64,000 nucleotides of DNA, taken from the NCBI GenBank assembly GCA_030141605.1, contig JAQGDQ010000975.1, forward strand, positions 1 to 64,000, read 5' to 3'. Of this stretch, positions 12,101-22,859 are shown piece by piece (the first letter of the stretch is position 1; every line of letters starts with the position of its first letter). The notes beneath the pieces were generated by a model. That model had not been told where the DNA came from. It made no database searches and saw only the letters and a program-made list of their open reading frames with translations. Position numbers and translations under genes: made by a program. Source of the DNA: Tubiluchus corallicola (taxonomy: Eukaryota > Animalia > Priapulida).

Positions 12101-15100
12101 GCGGTGGTAGTGGCAAGACAAATGAAAAAGCTGTGAAAGAAAGTTAGTTGAATTTGATTATGCATATGACATTGATAAAGATGTAATTATAAGTAATATA
12201 TTATATCTCAAATGTGCATTCTTACATATTTGCAATAAAGTAAAGACAAATGAATGTCGTCAAAATGATATACTAATAAGAATACAAATGATAATACTAA
12301 TAATGAAAATACTGTAATAATTGGGTATTATCTCTTGAAACTTCCCCAAAAGTCATAATGTTGAATTTTTCATTTTGCGTAGATTTTTTACTCAAACCAC
12401 CAATGTAACCATAGTACTTACTATAATTCATGAATAACGCATATTTACATATATATTACAATATATATATATGTTGGCTAAATTATATCTTCTATTTATT
12501 CTGATGAAATGAACTTTTTATACTGTGATTTGGTTAACACAATCTGTATCTTTATTCTTATTTTGAAAAGAGTAAAACATGTTACGCACAGAATGCTTCT
12601 TCTCTTTGTAAAATATTGATATGCTGTGTTACCAAGTAATTATATTCCTAAATAATTATGTGATCTTCATTACCCATTTTTACATATGCATTTCTTCCAT
12701 GGGAAGAAATTTTCCAGGTTTTTATGATTTCTTTCAAATTTATTTGTAAACATTAATTAGTATGCATTTGTATAATTTTAGTTTTGAGCACTTTTTTATG
12801 CTTGCTAGTATACTTGTATGTATCTGGGCAACAGATATTGAATTGTTTTATATATGTAGATCAAAAGAAACCGGTACAGAACGGCACTGAAGGTCAACTG
12901 ACAGACGAAATGTTAGCCAAAAATCGCCAGAAGCTGATGGAGAAACATACGAAAATTAAGCAGAAGGAGAAGGCTGGGTAAGTCGAATTAGCAACCTGTT
13001 AACCAAAAAAATAGCCTTTGGCAGCTTTCTTTTTGCTATTTGTAAAGAATTGAGACATCGGTGTAGCTAATTATAAATGTGAGTCACTTTGACTTATTGT
13101 GCACTGCTACCTAGGATCGGAGGCTCAAATGCCCAGAATGTGAGCACCCCGAAAGTACAGGGTTCTAGGTTCAAATCCTATTGTTTTAGCTCCTCCTCTT
13201 TCAATTACAATCTGTTTGGATAGTGTTAGTGTTTTTGGAAAAATAAAAGTAGCCCTTACAGTTTTGGATTTTTTTTAACTTTTATTACAAATTCTGTTGG
13301 TAGTAATTACAAATGGTAAAATGTAGCCCTTTTTCATCTTTCTAGGAAGAGTCCTACCATGCGTGGGGAAAGTTGTGGAGGAAAAAAGGCACCGAAAAAA
13401 CCAAAGCGCCAGTGGGATAATTGTGGCACTAGTAAGGACAGTACTGCACTGGATTATAGTGCACCTAAACCTACTGAAGCTGCTATGCAGCATGGGGATG
13501 GCAGTGACGACATTGCAGAAGAGAGGGTACTGTCGGTCTAAAATTTTTTTACACAAATCTTACGACAACCTGGCAATTTCTTTATTATTAGATGTGAGAA
13601 ATTATTATTCATTGTGAAATGACTTAAAAAATGGACTCCAGATGTAACCCATCTACATTTGCAAACGTAGTGCAATAGAAAAAATGTGTAAAAGAGAATA
13701 TTTTAGTGAACAGCTGTAATACAAGTTTCTGAATAGAATCGATGAAATTTCGCCGGTTTTCTGCAGAGAAATTGTTTGGCATTTGCAGACTCATCACAAT
13801 AAACTGTTTCGTGGTTTCTTCGGTAAAAATTTAGATGAGAATGATATAATGACACAGGCACTGAAAGTTTTTGTCACCAGTTAATCCGCATTATGTTATT
13901 GTACAAATAACTGTGCGATGTTATTAAGTAGATGCACAAAGAAATACTCCTGCGAATGCATTTGTTAAGTACCTTCTGTGGCAGTTTTTAAATGTCTTTA
14001 TTAAAGCACTAGAAAGCACTCTTCATATATAAACTTATAAATTTATCTTGAAATTTTGTCACTTAAATACTGTCTTACAGCATTCAGGGATTGTGTTATC
14101 AGTAACAATTTATAAAACTTGTAAATTTAAACTACTGCAACGACTGTTAGGTGCAGTCATTTAATAGTAAGTGGTTTGAAATAAGTTTAGATAACATTGC
14201 GTAAAGTTTGAAAAAGTAATCAGAACATTAGTAGCGCACTACTAAGCAAAAGTTCAAATTTCGTTATGTTGTCATTATGGTCAATATTGTGTATTTTTGG
14301 TGAACCAGTGTTACACATTGGGATGGCGATGTAAGTGCTCTTTTACCAGGTGGTGCAAATGTTTTAAATTATTAACAATTTTCATTTCCAATTACATGAC
14401 TTTTAAACAGGCATGTATAATGGTAAGTAATATAACTTTGTATGGAAGTTCTAAGGAATATTCTTTAAAATTCCCTTTTCTTACCCTTTAAGTGTCTGCT
14501 GTGCTCAATTTTATTTGTACTAATTTTAAGATTTTGTGTTGTTTAGCTTTATTAATCTCGATTATTCAACTAAAGGGGAAGATAATTCACTTTGATATTT
14601 TTTTATAAAAATGCCACAAGCTGTAAAATGTAACTGTAATTTTATTTTTTGTGAGATCCAGAATTATTAACTTTTTCATCTAATGTACAAATAATTCTCA
14701 TGACAAATTAACATTTATTACAGATTTTTATATGCAGATTTTTAACACTATTAATGTTTACAGTGCATAGTTTTGTGAAAAATCATTCATCATTTGGCTT
14801 CATCTATATGTGAGCCATTTTACCATCTGATTACGTTTGCAGATGATGAGCGTTGGAAAAATGGTGGGCGAAATTCCAGCTTTGGAGTCGGAATCGTCAG
14901 AGTTTGATGATGAAATAGAAGTTGAGGAGGATGAAGTTGAGGATGAGAAAGAAAAGCAACAGAGTAATCCTACCAAGTAAGTATCGTGTTTCTATTATTT
15001 CAACTTTTATTACAAGCACTTAAAAATATTTATAGTTAAAAACAACACAACTTTGGTAAAACTTTTACATTAAAAAGTTAAAATCAAGCCAAACAGGCTG

Positions 15101-18100
15101 CTGCTGTCATTACCAATGATTGTACAAACATACAACCAGTTTATATAAGCAGAGTATTTTATGCACTAATTCAATAGTTAACAGAAGCCAGAAGCCAGTA
15201 TTCATTACCTATTTGGCTTCTGTTATTTACTTAATTAGTGCATAATAAGCTCTGCCTATATAAATCGGTTGTGTGTTTGAAAATTTACCACTGATGATGA
15301 CAGCAGCAGCCTGTCGAAACATTCTGCATGATTTTAACTTTTTAATGTGATTGTTTTAATAAAGTTGTGTTTTTTTTACTATAACTGTTCCAAAGATTTT
15401 TTCTAGAAACTGTTCACATGTTGTTTAATTTGCTGTTTCAAAGTTGCTTAGGAGACGTAATTATAAAAGAAGCGAGGCCTCTTTAAGATTTTGCGCACTG
15501 AGTATGTTCATTCTTTTTAATTTAAGTCAGCTTAATTTTGCTATTGCGTCATGTTGAAAATTATTTTTTGCTTCATTGTACTAATTTTTGCTTGTGATTG
15601 TGACATTTGCATAATTACTTTTTTGCTAGATTATAAGCTATGTGCAACCATTTTTTGATACTCACAATTATATTTATATTATTTTATGAGAAAATAATAA
15701 TGTGGTAAAATAATAAATGGTAAAATTAATTTGCAGATATTATTTTATATTACATTTGCATTTAATGTCATATTCCGAGCTGCAACTGCATTAGTTTTTT
15801 TGCTTTTTAGGTTTGTTATTTTTTGCATTTTTATTTAATTGTCACATCTGTTAATCAATTTGAGAAAAAATTTATTCACTTGCTTTTGTTTTTAGGTCTG
15901 GTGGATTTGGAATGTTTAACGTTTTCAAGTCATTGGTCGGATCTAAGACGATCACTCGCGAAGAAATGACACAGGTTCTTGATAAGATGCGAGATCACCT
16001 GATTGGTAGTTGATTAGATGTACCACTTTCTTCTCTGCATGTGTAATCAAGAACATGTTGCTGAGATTTGCACGTGTACTGCATGTCTCACAAGAACTGT
16101 AACATTATACACATGTGCTTGTTTATTTGTTGAACCACCATTGCATATGTACAAACATTAGCAGCAAATAAACAAGACAGATTTAATCAACAATGAAATA
16201 GACGTTTACTAGAGACAAAATCCCCCACAATGAAATATTGCAGCTTGAGCGTAAAGTACAAATAACAATTAATTCATGACGCTGGTTTTGTTTTATTTTG
16301 TTTACCATCTTTTTATAGCTAAGAATGTAGCAGCTGACATAGCTGACAAGTTGTGCAATTCTGTTGCCACGAAACTGGAAGGAAAAGTTTTGGGAACTTT
16401 TAGTGGTGAGTTGGTGATACTGTAGCTATATGCATAATACAAGACTAAGACAGGATTGATTTTCCATGTTGTATGAGAAGTGGTTTTAATTCTTGTATTC
16501 GATTGGTGTTTGATGTGCTGCATATATTCTGTTCATTAACCAGAGAAATCCTTTTCTAAGATTGTTTTCAACCCCGACTTATGCAGAAATTCTGCTCTGA
16601 GTGTTGCACTAGGTTGTATAATTCTGTGCATTTTATTGTTTATTTTGATAGATGAAAAATGATATCTTTAGTTTTCTCAGTTAGTAAAAAAGTAGTTGTG
16701 ATTAAACATAATTTATAACAGTATTCAGCAAATATGGAGCATCCTATTAAGTAACGGGGAAAGTAACAAATGTAATAAAAAATATATATTGAATGTGAAA
16801 AATTCCTGTTCACTTGTCTGTGTCATAATAATTCTCATCTGCATCAGTTACTTTGAATTTGCTTTTTTTCAATTTCCCCATTGATTTCTTTCTCCCTTCC
16901 TACCTTCATTCTTCCTTTCTTCATTGTTTATTAATTTATCCACTCATTCAGTTTATTGTTTTGTGTTACTTCATAGGTTTGGCTTCTACAGTGAAGACGA
17001 GTCTGACAGAGTCGTGTGTACAGATTCTGTCGCCAAAGCGACGTGTTGACATCCTTCGCGATGTGATGGAGGCTCAGCGTCATCAGAGACCTTACGTTAT
17101 TACTTTCTGTGGTGTGAACGGTGTTGGAAAATCCACCAATTTGGCAAAAGTGAGTCTCTGTTTACTTGAGAATATTTGTTTTTGTTTTCGTAGTAAGCAA
17201 ATTTTGGTTGATTGTTAAGGATTCAGTTAGATGTTTATGGCTGTGTGTGTGTGTGTGTGTGTCACGCGGGCACGCAGATATTGCTATTGGAACAACTGGA
17301 AATATTAAACATAGTTAATAGCTAGTGATAAAAAGACATTTCTTCTGCATTACATTTTGATGCCTTTCAAGTTCATGCAAAATGCATGCAAAAAACACAG
17401 GGTTTGGACTCTACTATTTGTTTAATTCATTGCGTTTGATAACTGCAGGTAACCTTCTGGTTAGTTGAGAACGGCTTTCGTGTGCTGATCGCCGCATGTG
17501 ACACGTTTCGTGCAGGTGCTGTTGAACAGCTGCGCACTCACACTAAGCACCTAAATGCTCTTCACCCGCCTGATTCACACAACGGAGTACAGATGGTGTT
17601 TCTCTATGAGAAAGGTTATGGCAAAGATGCTGCAGGCATCGCAATGGCAGCCATTAATTATGGTGGGTTTCTGTGCAGATAACTTTGAGAATATGACCGT
17701 GCTTTGCAATCTTGCGTAGAAATTTCTACGAGTGTAGTTATGAAAATAATTGGATGTCAAATTTCACTTTTATGAGAAGGGATGTTTAAGATATTAAATT
17801 ATAATTAGTATATTGTGCTTTAATGTTTTGTAAAGGCATAATGTTGTAAAGTGTGTTGAGAAGTAGAACACGTCTAATGAATTTTTGTGAGTTGGTGAAA
17901 GAGTTGAAGGTTTTCAAACAGCAGATGTAACAAGATACCTATGGTCTTGGGCAAAACTTTACTTTATTGTAAATAATATGTGAACTTAATCTTTAAAGTG
18001 ACTGTAGATTTGTTATTCCTAAATCTTCATGCTGATGGTGCTACAGGGGTAAGAACATGGAGACCAAGGCTCAACCATGGAATTTTAGCATTAATAATGA

Positions 18101-21100
18101 TTGATAATGATGGAAACTCACCAGTGTGGTTGTGGTTTTCAAAGCACACTCCGTGTATTTTTATCTTAGCAGACCTTTCAGTGACGGTAAAGTCAATGAC
18201 AAAACAATAACAGTGAAATGAAGTTTGCATACTTATTTAAACACAATAAACAACTTATCGGTTTGTTACACATCGGTTGTTACATACAATCTGGTAAGAG
18301 TAATAAGGGAAGCTGTCTACTGCTTGGCATATCAGTTCTAAACACAGTTTTTTCAGAGGAGCAAAATTTTTCCATGTAATGTTAAACAGTCAATTCCAGT
18401 TATCAGAGATAGACAGATAGTTGTAAGCAAGAACACAGTCCGACGTGAACTCAGCATTCAGCAACACATGATATGAGTAACGTATTTATGAAGTCTAATA
18501 AGTCTAGCCATTACCACCCTTGGTTCCCGTTAGTCTCCAGAGTTGAACTTGTCTCTTAAGGCAATGATACTTCACCAAACACTGTCCGTCCATACAGCAA
18601 CAAACCTCAGTGTAGTACTCCTTATGGTAGAGTCCAGGTAAGAATACCAACATTGAAGCACAACACGATCAGACCATGTGACAGGCTCTGTCACGACTGG
18701 CTTAACATGAACCACTACTCAAAGCCAACACATGTTAGTCCATGCTTCAATGGTCACAAAGTTGTAGCACTATTATAAGCTTCTAACAGTAGCCAGCAGA
18801 TGGCAGCTGCCAGCAGGGCAGAACTAGCTAATAGTTTATATATTTCTACAAGATTGTCATTATGCCAAAAATAACACATAAATAATAATCAGGTTGTTAC
18901 AGCAGAGTCATCCTAGAACTTATAAGTGAATCGAAGTGGCAAATGCATACTGTACTGTTAATTGCCAGTAATCCCCTAAGATGAAACACTGAATCAGGAA
19001 GTATGTTACAGCCACTTACAGGTATGAATACATCATCATCCAATGAATTAAACTGCAGAATCACTGAAGTTAATGAAACTATGACTATTGAACCCCCATT
19101 AGGTGCCAGTCGTTCACTGGCCAGCCTCAGTGTTTTTTAAGTTTGCTGAGCAACAGCTACTGCCACTAGTCTGCTGTCTACACTAATTTTATTTATTTCT
19201 TGTACTGCTTCCATATATAAGTGCAATAATTATCCACAATCTACTTATTAATAAATAATATTTGTTGTTTTTTTACATTGCCGCTTGCCTTAAAGTACTG
19301 TAGCCTCTAACTTTTGTAGAGGTTTAAACCTAACAATACCTCCTGTATAGCAATTTCTGAAGCTTAAAAGTTGACCCTCTTAAGAAAACTTGGGAAATTA
19401 TTGGAGCTGTTGATATTCTTTAAGCTTTAGAAATGTGCTTTATATTTGTGGTTGAAGTGTGGATGCATTTTCAGCATTTTTACTGTTTGTATTATAGCTA
19501 AGGACACGCGACATGATGTGGTACTAATTGACACAGCAGGAAGAATGCAGGATAATGAACCACTGATGAGATCATTGGCTAAGGTAGTTGTTTTACAGAA
19601 GGAAGAACCTCATTTCTTTATTGTTGTTTTTTGCCTGCCAGTGTAACTAGTAGCTTAGCTCCTTTCTTTGTGCTATCGTTTACAAACGGCATTTTATCTA
19701 TTATTTCACTTGCTCTAGAGTTGCATAATGTTTCGTATACTATTTTTTGCCAACTTAGATGGTGTAAAAATACTTCTTAGTCATACTTTTTCAAATTTAA
19801 AGTTTGCATTGAATGTTCAGAAGTGCAAAGCCTTCATTTTGTAGTTCACTGCTTCTGTTCAGTTACAGTTTTGCAGTTCTAATAAGAACATTTAAGTGAC
19901 GCTTAAGTATGAAACATTTATGTGTTTAAGTATGTGTCCCAAAAATTAGAATAATTGCAGCATCTAAAAGCATTTTTTTATGAATTTAAAGTTGCTGCAC
20001 CTGAAATTTATAAGCTAAGTGATTACAGAAATTTGCATTTTTTAGTTGATAAAAGTGAATCAGCCCGATCTGGTCCTGTTTGTGGGCGAAGCTTTAGTGG
20101 GTAACGAAGCAGTTGATCAACTGCTGAAGTTCAATCACGCTTTGGCTGATTTTTCAAGCATGGATAATCCACGACTGATTGACGGAATCGTTTTGACTAA
20201 ATTTGACACTATTGATGACAAGGTAAGTGCAAATAGGCAGGTGTAACTCGTTAACAAGTTAAACAGATTGAGTTTATTTCTAGCTTTGTTGCACTTATGT
20301 ATATTTAAATATGTACTCATACAAAGTGCGGTTCCTTTTAAAAAAATTGTTAGATTTAGCCGGTACTGTGTATGCAGTAGTGTTGGATGTTTATCAAACT
20401 GTTTATGGAGCTTTTTTCAGTAGTTAAGCTTTGCTTATACGTATTTATTAAAGTGTTTGGCATTTTCGAAAAGTTCTGGTAGTTTAGAACGATCACCATA
20501 TTGTAACAGCAAAGACTTCGGTACTGCCTATGTAAACTTATTTGCATCATAATTAGTTTGTGTGTGCATATTGCTGAGTGAATCTAGCCAAGTTGTATAC
20601 TAATTTAATGTTGTTGTTTACATGCCATTACTTTTGGAAGCTTGTGTGTCATGTTTATTTATTGACCTGTCATGCTCTATTATGTTTAAGCTGGCTTAAA
20701 CAAGTTTTTAGTTAACAGGGTTTTTGATACAAGCCAGCTATGTTTTACCAACATTAAGACAATGTCATATGTTATAACCTAGTGTTTAGCGACAGAAGAA
20801 TGCTGACATTATACATTGTTGACAAGTATAAAATACAGCGGCACTGCTTAATAGACTCACTTTGGGATGGAAATGTGTGGACCCAATTAACCGAATGAAC
20901 CTATTAACCAACTGGTGTAACATTACTAGCATAGAACTATGTGTCATCACTCCTCAACTTAGTACACACTGCAAAGTCTGCGAGAGCTTTATGTTTTTAT
21001 GCTTATGCTCTAAATTAACTCTGTGCTCTTAGTGCTCGATGATGTTTACGCTTGTAAAGTGTAAAGTCTCGAAGAATGCTAGTGATGGCGTAACAGCAAC

Positions 21101-21724
21101 AGTTAACTGATTAAACATTCTTCGAAAAGCAGCATGATCTTCAAAAGGAAACCGCTAAGCTTGTGATTAAAAGTTTAGCTTCCATAAATTCTTGGGCAGA
21201 GGACCAACGGGTGACAGATTTAAGGCAAAAATGCTACAGTGCATATTAGTGATAAACAAACATGCTTACAAATGAAACGGTACTTAACACGATTGTTTCT
21301 ACATATATTATAGTGGATAAAAGCGATGTAAAGATGACATAAAAGTAGAAAAGCTCTTTGATTACGCACAAATGTTTTATTTTCAGTACATGAAGCGAAA
21401 ATATTGAGTCAGTTATATGGAATCATTTAAGTCAATTGTCCAGAGTTTTTATATACACTTAATAGGAGGTATTTTTGAGTCAGTTAGGAGACTGATTCTC
21501 TTAATCGTGAGACTTCTAAACGGCATCCACTGTGTGTAATTGTAGATTAACTGTACTGTTTGAAAACTAATTTAGCACACTGTATGTTATTCTAGGTTGG
21601 TGCAGCTATATCAATGACTTACAGCACTGGACAGCCAATCGTTTTTATCGGAACTGGACAAACGTACACAGATTTGAAGAGCCTTAATGCAAAAGCTGTT
21701 GTCAATGCCCTAATGAAAGCTTAG
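9057..21724 (+). CDS. SRPRA: Signal recognition particle receptor subunit alpha (SR-alpha), complete 14-exon gene, about 638 aa
   Basis: Exons 9057-9173, 10930-11016, 11310-11447, 11977-12142, 12860-12977, 13346-13526, 14843-14976, 15896-16005, 16319-16405, 16977-17149, 17449-17662, 19498-19583, 20046-20222, 21596-21724. All are GT-AG with consistent phases and sum to 1917 nt. N-terminal SRX/longin start [18 protein letters not shown]; NG GTPase motifs [25 protein letters not shown]; C-terminal GTGQTY. Confidence 0.97.
10930..11016 (+). CDS. SRPRA: SRPRA exon 2
   Basis: [29 protein letters not shown], flanked by AG/GT. Confidence 0.93.
11310..11447 (+). CDS. SRPRA: SRPRA exon 3
   Basis: [29 protein letters not shown]...FDFEQTFR, flanked by AG/GTGAG. 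Confidence 0.93.
11977..12142 (+). CDS. SRPRA: SRPRA exon 4
   Basis: [11 protein letters not shown]...[19 protein letters not shown]..., flanked by AG/GT. Confidence 0.9.
12860..12977 (+). CDS. SRPRA: SRPRA exon 5 (charged linker)
   Basis: QKKPVQNG...NRQKLMEKH..., phase-consistent AG/GTAAGT. Confidence 0.88.
13346..13526 (+). CDS. SRPRA: SRPRA exon 6
   Basis: KKPKRQWD...LDYS linker motif, flanked by AG/GT. Confidence 0.88.
14843..14976 (+). CDS. SRPRA: SRPRA exon 7 (acidic linker)
   Basis: [38 protein letters not shown]..., AG/GTAAGT; not in the ORF track. Confidence 0.87.
15030..15384. mobile_element. Palindromic element in SRPRA intron 7, probably a Penelope-like inverted pseudo-LTR relic
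   Basis: Arms of about 160 bp (TATAGT..CACAACTTT..ACATTAAAAAGTTAAAATCA..CAGGCTGCTGCTGTCAT..AACAGAAGCCA and its reverse complement); contains a hammerhead core. Confidence 0.7.
15291..15320 (+). ncRNA. Minimal hammerhead ribozyme core, possibly degenerate
   Basis: CTGATGA-T-GACAG-loop-CTGTC-GAAAC: CUGAUGA and GAAA boxes closed by a perfect 5-bp stem II; stem III and cleavage triplet not clearly intact. Confidence 0.55.
15896..16005 (+). CDS. SRPRA: SRPRA exon 8
   Basis: [36 protein letters not shown]. Confidence 0.92.
16319..16405 (+). CDS. SRPRA: SRPRA exon 9
   Basis: [28 protein letters not shown]. Confidence 0.93.
16977..17149 (+). CDS. SRPRA: SRPRA exon 10 (G1/P-loop)
   Basis: [13 protein letters not shown]...[20 protein letters not shown]. 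Confidence 0.96.
17449..17662 (+). CDS. SRPRA: SRPRA exon 11
   Basis: [31 protein letters not shown]...[10 protein letters not shown]. Confidence 0.96.
19498..19583 (+). CDS. SRPRA: SRPRA exon 12 (G3)
   Basis: [23 protein letters not shown]. Confidence 0.96.
20046..20222 (+). CDS. SRPRA: SRPRA exon 13 (G4)
   Basis: [20 protein letters not shown]...[15 protein letters not shown]. Confidence 0.96.
20835..21533. mobile_element. Degenerate pogo/Tigger-like non-autonomous element in SRPRA intron 13
   Basis: Imperfect TIRs CAGCGGCACTGCTTAATAGACTCAC / GTGAGACTTCTAAACGGCATCCACTG; TA on the left flank. Confidence 0.45.
21596..21724 (+). CDS. SRPRA: SRPRA exon 14 (terminal coding exon)
   Basis: [42 protein letters not shown], then TAG. 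Confidence 0.96.
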   Translation, partial: VGAAISMTYSTGQPIVFIGTGQTYTDLKSLNAKAVVNALMKA

Positions 21725-21749
21725 AATGTTAGCTTCCATTAAAAGCGTG

Positions 21750-22000
21750 GGTCTACTAATTAGTATCAACTATAGTCAAGGAGTAGCAGCGTTAAGAGAT
21801 CAAGGAAGTGTCAAGGAGCTCTATTAATTAGCTAATGCAGTGATATATATGGTAAATCTTTGGTGCTTTTTCCACTTTGACATTGTTTAAAAGATTTGCT
21901 TGACACCACCCTTGATTCTAATTTCATTACTTCATGTTGTTGACACAAATTAATGCTTTTTGACACTCCTTGATGTTGCTTGACACTAATTTGTAGGACC
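21750..22000. mobile_element. MITE (251 bp) with 8-bp TSD just 3' of the SRPRA stop codon
   Basis: TIRs GGTCTACTAATTAGTATCAA / TTGACACTAATTTGTAGGACC; flanks AAAGCGTG and GAAGCGTG; internal (G)TCAAG and TTGACAC sub-repeats. Confidence 0.75.
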
Positions 22001-22331
22001 GAAGCGTGAACTGTGCTATCCCATAATACTTTTCATGTCTTGCATGAAAGCATACATATGTTTATTTTTTTATACGGCAGTGAAGTTGAAATAGAAACTG
22101 TGTACGGTTTCATCGGTTTTAATAATTTTGGTTAATTTGAGATAAGAAAATCCTTATTTATTTGCAATGAAAATCAAAATTCATTTTTGCTAGCTTGTTA
22201 GATGAAGATGGCATTGTTATGGTTGATCAGTAATCATTCTAGCTCTCTTATTATTATTATGATACTGCAACATTGTCTTTTATCTAAAAAGTTATGGAGA
22301 CATCCTTAAAGTAACAATTAAATACAGTATA

Positions 22332-22859
22332 CAGTAACCTATGTATAATTGGCATAACTCGAAATCTTGCATATCTTGAACAGATCTCGTGGAACAGATT
22401 TTTGCTTTTTGTTTTTCCGTTTAGCAAACATCATGTAACTCGAAATCTGTAACTCGAATTATCACATAACTGGAATGAATTTCCGGTGCAATTCTTAAAA
22501 ATCTGATTGAAATTACGTTGCTTATCTCTAACTGCCTTCCAAGCGAAAGATCCTATGCAAAATTACGCAACACATTACGATTTTAACGTGTAGTTTCAGC
22601 AAAAATGTCAAGATTTTTTGTATTACCTTAGCAGAACGCTGCACACAACGTGGCTTAATGAAATGGTGGAGCACTTTATTTTTGATTATTTATAAAACTG
22701 TTGTTTGGTATTTAATTAAAGGCTCAGTTTGTCGTTTTCGGACATACACTGATAAGTGACTCTGTCTTGTTTTCGTATAAACATTGTTTAACTCGTAATT
22801 TTGCATAACTGGAACAAATTTTCCAGTCTCATGGTGTTCGAATTATACATAGTTTACTG
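22332..22859. mobile_element. Tc1/pogo (Tigger-like) MITE with TA TSD
   Basis: TA-CAGTAACCTATGTATAATT...AATTATACATAGTTTACTG-TA; repeated internal TAACTCGAA motifs. Confidence 0.8.

Noticed and set aside
13059-13185. tRNA-like A/B-box motifs (also about 28955-29035, about 31410-31475, about 63325-63350, about 63650-63690)
   Set aside because: Only GTTCRAA B-box-like fragments and no cloverleaf; probably decayed SINE heads, not tRNA genes.
17447-17454. AG|GT exon starts resembling recursive splice sites (SRPRA exons 3 and 11, Nedx exon 2, Dlx exon 3)
   Set aside because: Explained by Val/Gly codons at exon starts; no independent evidence.
17920-18905. Possible LTR-element relic in SRPRA intron 11 (repeated ...GGTTGTTACA ends)
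   Set aside because: Repeat too short and diverged; no TSD, PBS or recognisable coding motif.
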